From assembly GCA_040397175.1 (NCBI GenBank), contig JBBAWM010000001.1, forward strand, positions 121,976 through 185,975: a stretch of DNA of 64,000 bases. Direction: 5' to 3'. Source of the stretch: Candidatus Limnocylindrus sp. Its GTDB lineage: Bacteria; Chloroflexota; Limnocylindria; Limnocylindrales; Limnocylindraceae. The position numbers and the translations under genes are program-made. Positions 30,248 through 40,214 of this stretch are shown here, piece by piece. Position 1 is the stretch's first letter. Every line of letters begins with the position of its first letter. The notes beneath the pieces were generated by a model that made no database searches, was not told where the DNA came from, and was given only the letters and a program-made list of their open reading frames with translations.

Positions 30248-32260
30248 ATGGACGACCTTCGACGCTATCGTGCCACCCCGCCACCCATCACCGGCGTTGC
30301 CGCAATCACGACAGCCGACAACGGCGAGGTACGCAACCCAGACCCAACCGATCGCGCCGCCTGGCGCGAGTGGGTCTCAGCGTCGAAGACGCGCAACTGG
30401 CTGCGCCGCGATCCGCTCCTTGATTGGCTCGAGGTGCACGGCACCAGCAAGGGCTTCGCGAAAGATGTGGGCGCCGATGCCGATCCACCAAGCCCCTACG
30501 ACCTGCGCGAACTGCTCTTTGCCCAAGGGAATCGTTTCGAAGAGCGCATGTTTGAAATCCTCGAGCCGCGGGTTGCTTCGCACCGCAAGATTTCCGATGG
30601 CTGGCAGGCGACGCGCACGCTGGCCGCCGCCGAAGCAACCTTCGCCGCGATGCGCGAAGGAGTTGAGCTGATCGAGCAGGCGGTGGTGCGCAACCCCGAG
30701 GATCGCACCTACGGCGCCATTGACCTGCTGGTGCGCAGCGATGCGCTTGCGCGACTTGTTCCTGGCGTGATCGACCCGAGCGAGGCGGCGCTCTCTGCGC
30801 CGGCGCTTGCTCCCGAAGGTGGCGAGGCACCGCCGTGGCACTACGTGGTGGTTGACGTGAAGTTTTCCACGCTTGATCTTTCGGTGAGCGGATTCGCCGG
30901 CAGTTCGCATCGGCACTATGCCGGGCAGGTACTCGTCTACACCGCCGCGGTTGCACGGCTGCAGGGCTACTGCCCAGCAGAGGCGTACCTGCTCGGCCGT
31001 ACCTGGATGAGTAGCAAGGGGCGGGGGAGTGGCGCACTCGAGCGACTCGCTCGAGTGCCCGTTGAGCGCGAGAGCACGCGCGATGACGAGACCCCACTCA
31101 CTGTTGAGGTAGGCCGTGCACTGGAGTGGATCCGCACGGTGCGACGCGACGGTGCCGCCTGGGATGCCCTGCCACGCCCAACGCGCCAAGAGCTCTATCC
31201 AAACATGAACGCCGACCAGGACCAGCCGTGGAGCGAGGCGAAGCGCACGATCGCTCGCGAGATCGGCGAACTCACCTATCTCCCAGGTGTTGGGCCCGAC
31301 CTGCGTGACGCCGCCATCGCCGCGGGCATCAAACGCCGCGATGAAGCGGGGCTGTCGCCGGATCGCCTCGGCGTAACCGGTGATGCGCGACCGCGACGGC
31401 TCGCCGCGGTACTTGCCGCGAACGCAGTGCCTGAATCGGCTCCCGCCAACGCGAAGGTGCTTCCGGCAACTATTGAGCTCCGCGACGATGCGCACTGGCG
31501 CACGCCAGCACGCATTGAGTTTCATGTGGACTTTGAGAACTCGGGAAACCTGAACGATGACTTTACCAAGCTTCCGAGCGTTGTTGGGGCTTCGTGCATC
31601 TTCCAGATCGGCTGCCTCGTGTCGATTGATGGCCGTGAGCCGACTGTGGGCGAGATCGCCGCGGCAGCCAGCGCCGGTGCAAACGTGGGCGAGCGCCTCT
31701 TCACGCCGCGCGCCGAAGATGCCTCGTGGTTCCCCGCCTTCGGGCAGTGGAGCGGCGATCGGCTGAATGCGGCATCGGAGCGCGCCGTGCTCGATGCCTG
31801 GGTCGCCTTCATGAGCGCCTGGCGCACGTCGCTCAACCTCACGTGGGATGCGACGCGCATCGTGCACTGGTCGCCCGCCGAACGAAACTTGCTTTTCACC
31901 GCCGCTGATTCCGCCGCCGGCCGTCACTCAACCTGGTCGCTCCCTACCGAGATCGCCTGGTTCGACGCCTTTGACGAACTCGTCTACAAGGTGCCGGTCA
32001 GCGTGCGTGGTGCCTACGGATTCGGCCTGAAGGACATTGCCAAGGCGATGCGTGCCGAGGGTCTTATTGACGTCTCATGGGGTGACGGGCCCGCCGACGG
32101 GATGGGCGCGATGGCTGCCGCCTATACCGCCGATGCCCGCGCCGCGGTCGAAGGGAGGCGCCTGGCCGACTACGACTACTTCCGCGCCGGCACCGAGTAC
32201 AACGCGGCCGACTGCCGCTCGATGTCGCTTGTGCTCGCCTGGCTACGCGCGAACCGCTAA
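30248..32260 (+). CDS. TM0106-like RecB-family nuclease with C-terminal RNase H-like domain
   Basis: GNRFE, GAIDLLVR, VVDVK and QVLVY (PD-(D/E)xK fold); DFE, GLKDIA and YNAADC (RNase H-like). Confidence 0.78.
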   Translation: MDDLRRYRATPPPITGVAAITTADNGEVRNPDPTDRAAWREWVSASKTRNWLRRDPLLDWLEVHGTSKGFAKDVGADADPPSPYDLRELLFAQGNRFEERMFEILEPRVASHRKISDGWQATRTLAAAEATFAAMREGVELIEQAVVRNPEDRTYGAIDLLVRSDALARLVPGVIDPSEAALSAPALAPEGGEAPPWHYVVVDVKFSTLDLSVSGFAGSSHRHYAGQVLVYTAAVARLQGYCPAEAYLLGRTWMSSKGRGSGALERLARVPVERESTRDDETPLTVEVGRALEWIRTVRRDGAAWDALPRPTRQELYPNMNADQDQPWSEAKRTIAREIGELTYLPGVGPDLRDAAIAAGIKRRDEAGLSPDRLGVTGDARPRRLAAVLAANAVPESAPANAKVLPATIELRDDAHWRTPARIEFHVDFENSGNLNDDFTKLPSVVGASCIFQIGCLVSIDGREPTVGEIAAAASAGANVGERLFTPRAEDASWFPAFGQWSGDRLNAASERAVLDAWVAFMSAWRTSLNLTWDATRIVHWSPAERNLLFTAADSAAGRHSTWSLPTEIAWFDAFDELVYKVPVSVRGAYGFGLKDIAKAMRAEGLIDVSWGDGPADGMGAMAAAYTADARAAVEGRRLADYDYFRAGTEYNAADCRSMSLVLAWLRANR

Positions 32261-32280
32261 CCGCCTCGTTCTACCAGCCA

Positions 32281-32320
32281 CAAAGCAACGGAGCGCCACC
32301 CCTTCCGAGGTGACGCCCCG
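32281..32320 (-). terminator. intrinsic terminator of the S8 protease gene
   Basis: Minus strand reads CGGGGCGTCACC-loop-GGTGGCGCTCCG-TTGCTTTG. Confidence 0.6.
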
Positions 32321-32339
32321 ATGCGCCGCGCTAGCGGAA

Positions 32340-35300
32340 TCAGCTCGCCGCGGGCGGTACGAGAATCTCGTAAACCTCTGAGCTCGTGCCGGCGTTGAAC
32401 TCGTTCCAGATCAGCCATCCGAGGCTGGTCGTGGTTCCACCGACTGATGGGTGTCCGAGCGTTGGGAACGCCCCGGTCTCCGAGTCGCCACTGGAACCAT
32501 TCGCGACGCTTAGGTCAGACACAAACTGACCGCTCGTAGCGATCTCGTCGTATGAGACGAAGAGCCACGAACTCCCAGTGGAATCAGAATCCCAACCGCC
32601 GCCGTTGTAGCTACTGACCTTGAACTTCGCACCGCCAACAGCATCCGTATCCCATACTAAAGACTGACTGATGCTGACAAAGACCACCGAGGTGATTGGA
32701 TCGGCGTACGCCGTGCAATCGCTACCAGTGAGGTCATAGAGCCCGTCAACGGTGCCGTTCCATGCGAGGTGATCAATGAGGAAGCAGCCGAGCGTTCCGT
32801 CGGCGCTGCCACTGTTTACCAGACCCCGATCGGCAATGGCAATTGTTTGGTCAGGATTCCCATCATTATCTGCATCAAACTCAATGTCCCATTCGTTAAG
32901 CGCTGCATTGGACATGAGATCCCAACTGGAGATCATCATCTCAAAGCTGCCAGCAGAGCTGTCTGCCCAGTCGGCTGGAATGTTCCTGGCATTGACTCCG
33001 ATGTTCTTGATGTCGGCTCCGTTGCCAGTGCGCTCCCGACCATCTCGGGCCAGCCAGACGAACGGATAGAGATCAACGGATCGAGTCGAACCATCTGCCT
33101 GATTCGCGTCCTGTGCTCCGGTGGTCAACGCATACGTGTAGTCGTAGCGACTCGCACCTCCCGATGCGCTGAAGTTGAACTTTTCGACGTGCTGGAACAT
33201 TGCGAACACGGGAAGTCGTAGGGATGGTCGGCCGCTTGAGGTAGCTGTAACAATGGCGTTGAGCGAGCTTGCCCCGAATCCGTCGAAGTTCTTCTGTGCT
33301 GCAACTGTGGCGGTCAACTTGACCGTTAACGTGGCGAACCCCTGCGGAGCCAAGACGATGGTCCTGGATCCGGTCAACTTCGTGGAGCCGCGATACACCG
33401 CGATCGTTACGCCGCTTGGAAGGGTGAACCCCGCAGCCGCCGCCGCAGAGAAGGAGAATCGCGCGGTGGTGGCGCCGTAATTCTTGATGACGAACGTCTG
33501 ATTTTTCACGATGGTTGAGGCCGCATCGCCGTAGACCATGCCGAAACTCATCGTTGCATTTGGCCCAGCATCGATGGTGACCTTGGATTTGACAGCGTTT
33601 ACCGCATTGACACGACCAGCACCGACAGAGCGGAGCAAGACGTTACTGCCCACAGACTGCGCAGTGTTGATCAGCGCCGACTTAATGAGGGCGGGGGTCC
33701 ACTTTGGATTGGCCTGCTTGACCAGCGCCGCTACGCCGGCAACCACCGGGGTTGCCATCGAGGTGCCGCTGAACCAGGCAACGCCGTCGCCGCTTCCGGA
33801 AGCTGCCGACACGATGTCGACACCCGGAGCTGCGATCTCAGGCTTCAGCGCAAGGTCGCCCCAGCGCGGTCCGCCTGACGAAAAGTCTGCGACGGTGTGG
33901 TACATCGGGTTTGTGACTCCAGAAGACAAGGTCGAGATGCTTGCCGTGGCTCCTTCAGTGATCGCTGCGCGGAGCGAACCCTCACCATCGCCGTTGAGCA
34001 TCAGCACTGGGATTGCTGCTGTTGGCAAATCTGGGCCTTGGAATGGCGGGTATGACGAGTTGTCGTCGTCGTCATTACCAAGCACATTATCCTCTCCGTC
34101 GAGGACATTAATTTTTTGCAAGATGATGACGGCCACAGCGCCCTTCCCGTAGGCCGAGTCGACCTTCTCCTTGAAGGTGCACGAGCCGCGACGCAGAATG
34201 ACTATTTTTCCAGTGAGGTTTGTTGAGGTATCCCAGTCAGGCGTGTATGTAGCGCCATCGTCGCCGCTTGCGGGGCATCCGAGTGAATAGGCTGTGCCAT
34301 CCGCGATGGTGAACAGACTCGTAATCGGGCCGGACACTGGGGTAGTGAGATCAAACACATTGGTGTTGGAGAAGGCGACAGGAGACGCCCCACCCAGAAC
34401 TGCGGAGGCGAGCGTGAGCTTCGCACCTGGGTACGACGCCCGGTCATCGAGCGCGGCGACCGAGATCGCGCCATCTTCGGTAGAAGGGGAGCCAACCAGG
34501 AATGGCTGATCACCCTCGTTTCCTGCGGCGATGACTACGGTCACGCCAGCCTTCTCGGCGGCGTTGATCGCAGCCTGCTCAGCCCCACCCTTGATGCCGT
34601 ACGCCGAGCCAAGGGAGAGGTTGATGACGTTCGCCCCAAGAGCAACCGCCTTCTCAATGCCGTCCGCGGCGAGCTCGGTTGCGCCATCGCAACCGAAGAC
34701 GCGCACTGCGATCAGCGAGGCGAGTGGGGCCATTCCTGGCGCCAGGGTGAAGGTTGAGACATCGGTTGTGCTCTTGTAGTACTCGCCGGCAACGGTGCCG
34801 TACGTGTGGCCGCCCTTAATACCGAAGCCAGCAATGGTGCCAGCGACGTGGGTGCCGTGGCCGCCACCTTGCGCAAGGGTGCAGTCTTTTGGGTCGCTAT
34901 CTGGCTGTGGTAGTTCATGGATGCCACCGTCTCCCGGTGCGTAATCATCACCGACGAGGTCATAGCCAGCGATCACCTTCGCGGTTGGGAACTGAGGAGC
35001 GGGCAGAGGCGCCTGCGTAATGCGAACGAAGTCGTGATGCGTGTAGTCAATGCCCGTGTCAATGACGGCAACCTTTATGCCGTAGCCGGTGCCGACCTTT
35101 GACGTTGCAGTCTGCGCCCAAACGTTCTTCGCCTGAACCTCTGTTGCTGCGCCAGCGTTCAATGGTGTTGCGCCACCACGGCCGCTCACTGCGCCGCCGG
35201 TGACGGTCATCCGCTTGTAGCGGGTGACGAGCTGAACGTCGGCAACGTGCGGGTTGGCACGCAGCGCCTCGAGCTGCGAGGCAGGAATGTGAATACGAAG

Positions 35301-35663
35301 TCCGTTGAAGAGGTAGCGGAACTCAGCGTTCACCGTGCCGCCAAGAGCGGTGATCGCTGCGCGTGCGCCAATGCGCTCGCTAATCTGCGCGCCCTGGAGG
35401 GCGAGCGGTTGCGCCGCGCCACCAGCCGAGCGCGGTGCGCCCAGGCCTGGGGTGCGCAAGGTAACGACCAGGTGGAGGATGCCGTTCTTGTCAGCGCCGC
35501 GGAGGAGCACCTTGCTCTCGATTGGGCGCATGCCGGTCAGCAGCACCTTGTGTCGGTTTGCCGCTGACGCGCTTGGCGCGAGGAGTACCGCTGCAAGCAT
35601 CGCGATCAAAATGATCGTGCGGCGTGTTCCTCGTGGGGTTGCGGTGTGTGACTGGTGGCTCAT
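32340..35663 (-). CDS. secreted S8 subtilase with I9 propeptide and PA domain
   Basis: Catalytic triad motifs IDTGID, HGTHVAG and SGTSMATP; PA domain RRGSCTFKEK; GGAGG RBS before 35663. Confidence 0.92.
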   Translation of the reverse strand: MSHQSHTATPRGTRRTIILIAMLAAVLLAPSASAANRHKVLLTGMRPIESKVLLRGADKNGILHLVVTLRTPGLGAPRSAGGAAQPLALQGAQISERIGARAAITALGGTVNAEFRYLFNGLRIHIPASQLEALRANPHVADVQLVTRYKRMTVTGGAVSGRGGATPLNAGAATEVQAKNVWAQTATSKVGTGYGIKVAVIDTGIDYTHHDFVRITQAPLPAPQFPTAKVIAGYDLVGDDYAPGDGGIHELPQPDSDPKDCTLAQGGGHGTHVAGTIAGFGIKGGHTYGTVAGEYYKSTTDVSTFTLAPGMAPLASLIAVRVFGCDGATELAADGIEKAVALGANVINLSLGSAYGIKGGAEQAAINAAEKAGVTVVIAAGNEGDQPFLVGSPSTEDGAISVAALDDRASYPGAKLTLASAVLGGASPVAFSNTNVFDLTTPVSGPITSLFTIADGTAYSLGCPASGDDGATYTPDWDTSTNLTGKIVILRRGSCTFKEKVDSAYGKGAVAVIILQKINVLDGEDNVLGNDDDDNSSYPPFQGPDLPTAAIPVLMLNGDGEGSLRAAITEGATASISTLSSGVTNPMYHTVADFSSGGPRWGDLALKPEIAAPGVDIVSAASGSGDGVAWFSGTSMATPVVAGVAALVKQANPKWTPALIKSALINTAQSVGSNVLLRSVGAGRVNAVNAVKSKVTIDAGPNATMSFGMVYGDAASTIVKNQTFVIKNYGATTARFSFSAAAAAGFTLPSGVTIAVYRGSTKLTGSRTIVLAPQGFATLTVKLTATVAAQKNFDGFGASSLNAIVTATSSGRPSLRLPVFAMFQHVEKFNFSASGGASRYDYTYALTTGAQDANQADGSTRSVDLYPFVWLARDGRERTGNGADIKNIGVNARNIPADWADSSAGSFEMMISSWDLMSNAALNEWDIEFDADNDGNPDQTIAIADRGLVNSGSADGTLGCFLIDHLAWNGTVDGLYDLTGSDCTAYADPITSVVFVSISQSLVWDTDAVGGAKFKVSSYNGGGWDSDSTGSSWLFVSYDEIATSGQFVSDLSVANGSSGDSETGAFPTLGHPSVGGTTTSLGWLIWNEFNAGTSSEVYEILVPPAAS

Positions 35664-35718
35664 GGCGGGCACCTCCCTGTAGGGGGAGACAATCCTCTAC
35701 TGAGGGTTGGGCGGCCCC

Positions 35719-37119
35719 TTAACGGCGACGATAGCGCCTAGCGACCACCGAATACAGAGGTAGTTTCAGTAATAGGTTTGAGATTGAGCGCCCCTCTCGG
35801 CCATTGGGCCCCTCGACCGCCAACAGGCGGTCGGCGGCATCCCCCTCCACGTGCCGGGGGTCGCAGAAGGCCACATCGATCTCGACCTCCCCAGGGATGG
35901 GGGTACCGAGCAGGTCGGCGAGATCGTGGGGGAGTGGCTCCTCAAAGTAGTCGGCGCGGAGCTCCTCCTCCATCTGCCAGCGAGGGCTGCGGAAGAGCAC
36001 CGCGCGCCAGGCGTCTGCCACGGCGGGGGTGACGGTGCCGTCCTTCGGTTGCGGGTTGGGTGAAAGATCCTGCCCGCGCGACCAGCGGGCCGCCTGATGC
36101 AGCAGGGTGTACTCATCGAGTTCGAGATAGGCGGCAAGGTCGTCGGCGGGTGAGGCGTCGCCAAAGATCGCACGAATCCCAGGCGCAAAGGCCTCCTTCA
36201 TGTCGAGGTCGATGCCGCGCACGGTGCGATGCAGGTAGACCTGCTGATAGAGGAACTGTCGCGCACCAAGGAACGACTCGAGTGCACCAACGGCCGGCTC
36301 ATACAGCGTGAGACCGCGTGCGCCAATGAAGCTGTAGTGGCGGAGTCGCTCCACATCAACCGCGGCAGTACGCACGCCGGTCATGTAGGAATCGCGTCGC
36401 ACGTAGTCGAGGTTGTCGACGGTGAAGACACCCGAGAGGAGTGGCTGCAGGATGCGCACCCAGGCTGGGATTGCAGGGTCTTCGAGGGGTGGTTTCGAAA
36501 TCAGGAAGCTGACCCAGCGCGGATCAATCGACTCTAAGGTGGCGATGGCGTCGCGGGTTGCCGAGTCTCCGGGCGCGCGACGAAGCTTGGTGATGATTGG
36601 CGCAAGCTCGCGCTCAATGATCAGCGCGGAGAGATCCTCATGGGCGAGCCGCTTTCCCGATGGGCGGCGCGAATCAGCCGGCGCCGCGAAGGCTTCGAGA
36701 ACGGCGTGATCGAAGAAGTGCGCGAACGGGCCGTGGCCCACGTCGTGTAAGAGTCCTGCAACGCGGAGCGTTTCAACAACGAGCCCTTCGCTTGGCGGAG
36801 TTTCGCCGTCGTTGGTGAGTCGAGTCGCAAGTGACGGATAGAGGTGCCGTGCCCAGAGGCCTGCCTCATGCATGACGCCGAGGCCATGCGAGAAGCGGCT
36901 GTGCTCGGCGGTAGGGAAGACCCATCGAGCGCTCTGCAGTTGGCTGATGCGGCGCAGGCGCTGCAGCCAGGGGCTGTCGAGCAGATCCTCCTCGGCGGCC
37001 TCCTCTTGGGCGTAGCCGGTGGCGGCTGCGCCCTCAGGGGTGAGGCGCTTGGTGAGCTCGATATAGCCGTGAATCGGGTCGCTGATCAGGTTGACCGCCT
37101 TGAACTGCTCCGCATCCAT
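35719..37119 (-). CDS. HD-domain phosphohydrolase, SAMHD1/dNTP triphosphohydrolase-like
   Basis: DPIHG, QRLRRISQL, HSRFSHGLG, LHDVGHGPFAH, DNLDYVRRD and VYLH motifs. Confidence 0.9.
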   Translation of the reverse strand: MDAEQFKAVNLISDPIHGYIELTKRLTPEGAAATGYAQEEAAEEDLLDSPWLQRLRRISQLQSARWVFPTAEHSRFSHGLGVMHEAGLWARHLYPSLATRLTNDGETPPSEGLVVETLRVAGLLHDVGHGPFAHFFDHAVLEAFAAPADSRRPSGKRLAHEDLSALIIERELAPIITKLRRAPGDSATRDAIATLESIDPRWVSFLISKPPLEDPAIPAWVRILQPLLSGVFTVDNLDYVRRDSYMTGVRTAAVDVERLRHYSFIGARGLTLYEPAVGALESFLGARQFLYQQVYLHRTVRGIDLDMKEAFAPGIRAIFGDASPADDLAAYLELDEYTLLHQAARWSRGQDLSPNPQPKDGTVTPAVADAWRAVLFRSPRWQMEEELRADYFEEPLPHDLADLLGTPIPGEVEIDVAFCDPRHVEGDAADRLLAVEGPNGREGRSISNLLLKLPLYSVVARRYRRR

Positions 37120-37121
37120 GG

Positions 37122-38144
37122 CTACGCGTTCGGCTTTGCTGTGGTGCCGTATCGCGCAGCGGCGGCACTGTGCGTGCGCGCCATGTCATCGCGCAGCGCG
37201 TCAGGGCGAAGCACCTCGGCGCCCTCGCCCCAGGTCAGCACCCAGGCGCGAATCTCGAGCAGGCCCGAAACACGCGCGCGCCAGATGAGTGACCCATCGG
37301 GCTGCTCTTCAATGGTTTGCGACGGATGCCAGCGCGTCTCCTTTGCGCGGGCGGCCGACTCCTTATTGAAGCGAATCACGATTTCCTCGAGCGGCTGGTC
37401 GGCGACGATGTCCCATGCCGATGCGAGGGTGCGCTCAAGCTCCACCTCTTTCGGTAGTTCAAAGGTGGCGGTGGTGACGCGCACGTTGCTGATGCGATCG
37501 ACTCGGAAGGTGCGTAGCGCGTTCCGAGTCTCATCGTGGCCGATGAGATACGTGGTGTGTGTTGCGGCCGATGGTTCCATCAGATAGGGATGCACGCGTG
37601 CCCGTCGGCTGCTCCCCGGATTGCTCCATGCCGGCGCGTAGTCAAACTCAACCACACGGCCAGTCACCCACGCAGTGGTGAGGAGGCGTAGTCGTTCACG
37701 CGCGTCGCTATCGGTGGTGAGTTGGCTCAACTGCGTCACCGTGCGCTCCACGGCGCTGCGCAACGGATTCTCGAGCAAGCTGCCAAGCTTCATGAGAGCT
37801 GCGCCAAGTTCAGGGTCATAGCCAGTAGAAAACTTTGCGAGAAGTCGCGCGGCAAGGACCACCGAGATGGCCTCATCTTTACTGAAGCGCAGCTCTGGCA
37901 GGAGTCCCTCTTGCGAAACACCCCATCGGCCGAGGTTGTTCCATACCGGCACACCAACACTCGCTTCGAGCGCTTGCAGATCGCGGTAGGCGGTGCGGCG
38001 ACTGACGCCGAGCTTCTTGGCAAGATCCTCCGGTCGGATCCCCGCCTCGCCTGCGGCCTCGACGTAGCGCAGGGTGCGCAGGAGTCGAGCGCTCCGGTCG
38101 CTCTTCTGGAAGTCGGCGTCGCCCTCAGGCGGGTGGCTGCTCAT
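37122..38144 (-). CDS. WYL-domain transcriptional regulator (HTH-WYL-WCX)
   Basis: LGVSRRTAYRDLQAL HTH; VHPY, YLIG, RTFRVDRI, WHPSQ and EVLRP.LR. Confidence 0.92.
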   Translation of the reverse strand: MSSHPPEGDADFQKSDRSARLLRTLRYVEAAGEAGIRPEDLAKKLGVSRRTAYRDLQALEASVGVPVWNNLGRWGVSQEGLLPELRFSKDEAISVVLAARLLAKFSTGYDPELGAALMKLGSLLENPLRSAVERTVTQLSQLTTDSDARERLRLLTTAWVTGRVVEFDYAPAWSNPGSSRRARVHPYLMEPSAATHTTYLIGHDETRNALRTFRVDRISNVRVTTATFELPKEVELERTLASAWDIVADQPLEEIVIRFNKESAARAKETRWHPSQTIEEQPDGSLIWRARVSGLLEIRAWVLTWGEGAEVLRPDALRDDMARTHSAAAARYGTTAKPNA

Positions 38145-38191
38145 GGCTCAGATTGTGCCACTCCGCCCCCAGTCGGGAGCACCCTTCAGGT

Positions 38192-38917
38192 TTAGCGCGG
38201 CCGCGCCGCCTCAACGAATGCGGCCCAGACGCGCTCAAGGTCGGCGGGGCTGCTCTCGGTGCGCTCGGGGTGGCACTGCACGCCGAGCACGAATCGCTCG
38301 CCCGGCTCCTCGAGACCTTCAACGAGGGTGCCGCGTGGTGAGTCGGTGAAGGCTGAGGCACGCAGCGCGGGCGCAAGGCGCTCTGGGCTGACCGCCTGAT
38401 GGTGATAACTGTTCACCGCAAGGGGCGTGGTGCGATCGCCGAGGATCTGCGCCAGCTTGCTGCCCCCCTGCACATCGAGTGGATGCGAAAGTGCAGGTGT
38501 TGCCGGATACGCCGCGCCGACCTGCCCCTCAACATGCTGCAGCAGCGAACCGCCGCGATGCACATTCAAGAACTGCAAGCCGCGACAGATGCCAAACACC
38601 GGAATACCGCGACGATCCGCAGCGTCAAGCGCGGCCCACTCCAGCGCATCGCGCGCTGGCTCAATGCCGATGGCGCCATCAATTGGCTCGTTGTAGCGCG
38701 CCGGGTCAATGTCGGCGCCGCCCGAAAGGAGTAGGCCATCCATCGTGGCGAATGCGGTTGCGCGCTGCTCGTCGGTGGCGCTGGCACTCAGCAGAATGGG
38801 AATGCCGCCAGCTCGTCGCACGCCATCGGCGTAGCGCGCGTTAATCAGATGGATCGGCGCAGCATCGTCAGGCTCGTCATGATCGGCGACGGTGATGAGA
38901 ATGAGCGGCGCGCTCAT
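38192..38917 (-). CDS. gamma-glutamyl-gamma-aminobutyrate hydrolase family (peptidase C26)
   Basis: GLLLSGGADIDP, GICRGLQ, VNSYHHQAV and GVQCHPE motifs. Confidence 0.9.
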   Translation of the reverse strand: MSAPLILITVADHDEPDDAAPIHLINARYADGVRRAGGIPILLSASATDEQRATAFATMDGLLLSGGADIDPARYNEPIDGAIGIEPARDALEWAALDAADRRGIPVFGICRGLQFLNVHRGGSLLQHVEGQVGAAYPATPALSHPLDVQGGSKLAQILGDRTTPLAVNSYHHQAVSPERLAPALRASAFTDSPRGTLVEGLEEPGERFVLGVQCHPERTESSPADLERVWAAFVEAARPR

Positions 38918-40197
38918 CAGCCGATGCGCACACCGCTCGCTTTCGCGAGCTCTTTCAGCGAAGCGATCAGTCGATCAATCTCTTCCATGGTGTTGTACGA
39001 CATGAGGCCAACGCGCAGCAGGCCGCCGTGCTCGGTAAGGCCGAGTGCCGCAACTGGATTCACGGCGTAGAAGTCGCCGTCCCACACCTGAATGCCTTCG
39101 GCGCCAAGGTGCGTCGCCGCTTCGGTTGGGGTGGCCCACTCCATCGTGAATGAGACGATGGAGGTGCGGTGATCGAGCTGATCGCGGTCGGTGATGCCGT
39201 AGACCTTGACCCCTGGGATCTCGGCGAGTCGGTCGAGCAGGTGCACGATCAGTTCACGTTCGTAGAGGGTGATCGCCTGCAGGCCGGCACGAATCTCGGC
39301 GCGGCGACCGGTCAGTTGGGTTGAGGCACCCGTGTGCCCAAACTCTCGTCCGATCCAGGCGAGATGGTCGATCGCGGCGGTCGTTCCCGCCATCCCTTCG
39401 AAGCTTGGGGTGCCCGTCTCCCAGAGATCGTGGGCGGGGCGCACCTTATAGCGACCGTAGCGCTCAAGGAGCGGCAACTTCCCGTAGAGGAGCCCTGCAT
39501 GTGGCCCGTAGAACTTGTATGGAGAGCAGAGCAGGAAGTCGGTGTCGAGCGCCTGCACATCAATCGGGTAGTGCGGCGCCGAACAGACCGCGTCCAGCAC
39601 GGTGAGTGCGCCGGCCTCATGGGCGAGGCGAACGATCTCCTTGCACGGGTTGATGGTGCCGACGGCGTTGGACGACATGCCGACGGCTACGATCTTGGTG
39701 CGCGGGGAGCGCAGTGCCGCATACGCCTCGATGTCGAGGGTCGCGTCGCTGGTGCGGATCGGAATGACCTTGAGGGTGAGGCCAAAGTCTTCGGCGAGCC
39801 AGAGCCAGGGGCTGTAGTTCGCATCATGATCGAGCTGCGAGACGATCACCTCGTCGCCCGGCTTCAGGCTCTTCGCCAGCGATCGCGAGAGCTGGAAGTT
39901 GAGCGTCGACATGTTGGCGCCGAACTTCACCGACTCCTTCGGCGCGTTCAGCAGATCTTCAGCCGCGCGATGCGCCGCATCTTCGACCTGCTGCTGTCGC
40001 TGTGAAGTGATGAAGGCACCACCGGAGTTGGCATTGGCATGCAAGAAGAAGTCGCGATATGCATCAATGACCGCCCGTGGCACCTGGGTGCCGGCTGGTC
40101 CGTCGAGGAAGCTGAGCTGCCGACCGTCGGGGAGGGTGTTCGCCAGCGAGGGAAATTTTGCGCGGATGGCGGCGACGTCGTAGGGCTTGGTGCTCAT
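38917..40197 (-). CDS. cysteine desulfurase-like class-V PLP enzyme
   Basis: DGPAGTQVP, LDHDAN..PW, SNAVGT, CSPYKFYGPH and ETGT motifs. Confidence 0.88.
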   Translation of the reverse strand: MSTKPYDVAAIRAKFPSLANTLPDGRQLSFLDGPAGTQVPRAVIDAYRDFFLHANANSGGAFITSQRQQQVEDAAHRAAEDLLNAPKESVKFGANMSTLNFQLSRSLAKSLKPGDEVIVSQLDHDANYSPWLWLAEDFGLTLKVIPIRTSDATLDIEAYAALRSPRTKIVAVGMSSNAVGTINPCKEIVRLAHEAGALTVLDAVCSAPHYPIDVQALDTDFLLCSPYKFYGPHAGLLYGKLPLLERYGRYKVRPAHDLWETGTPSFEGMAGTTAAIDHLAWIGREFGHTGASTQLTGRRAEIRAGLQAITLYERELIVHLLDRLAEIPGVKVYGITDRDQLDHRTSIVSFTMEWATPTEAATHLGAEGIQVWDGDFYAVNPVAALGLTEHGGLLRVGLMSYNTMEEIDRLIASLKELAKASGVRIG

Positions 40198-40214
40198 GGC
40201 GCGATCGTACTGGG

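Noticed and set aside
32340-38144. S8 protease as part of a WYL/HD defence operon
   Set aside because: The protease has a signal peptide, propeptide, PA domain, and its own RBS and terminator, as expected for a secreted enzyme. No partner ATPase is present.
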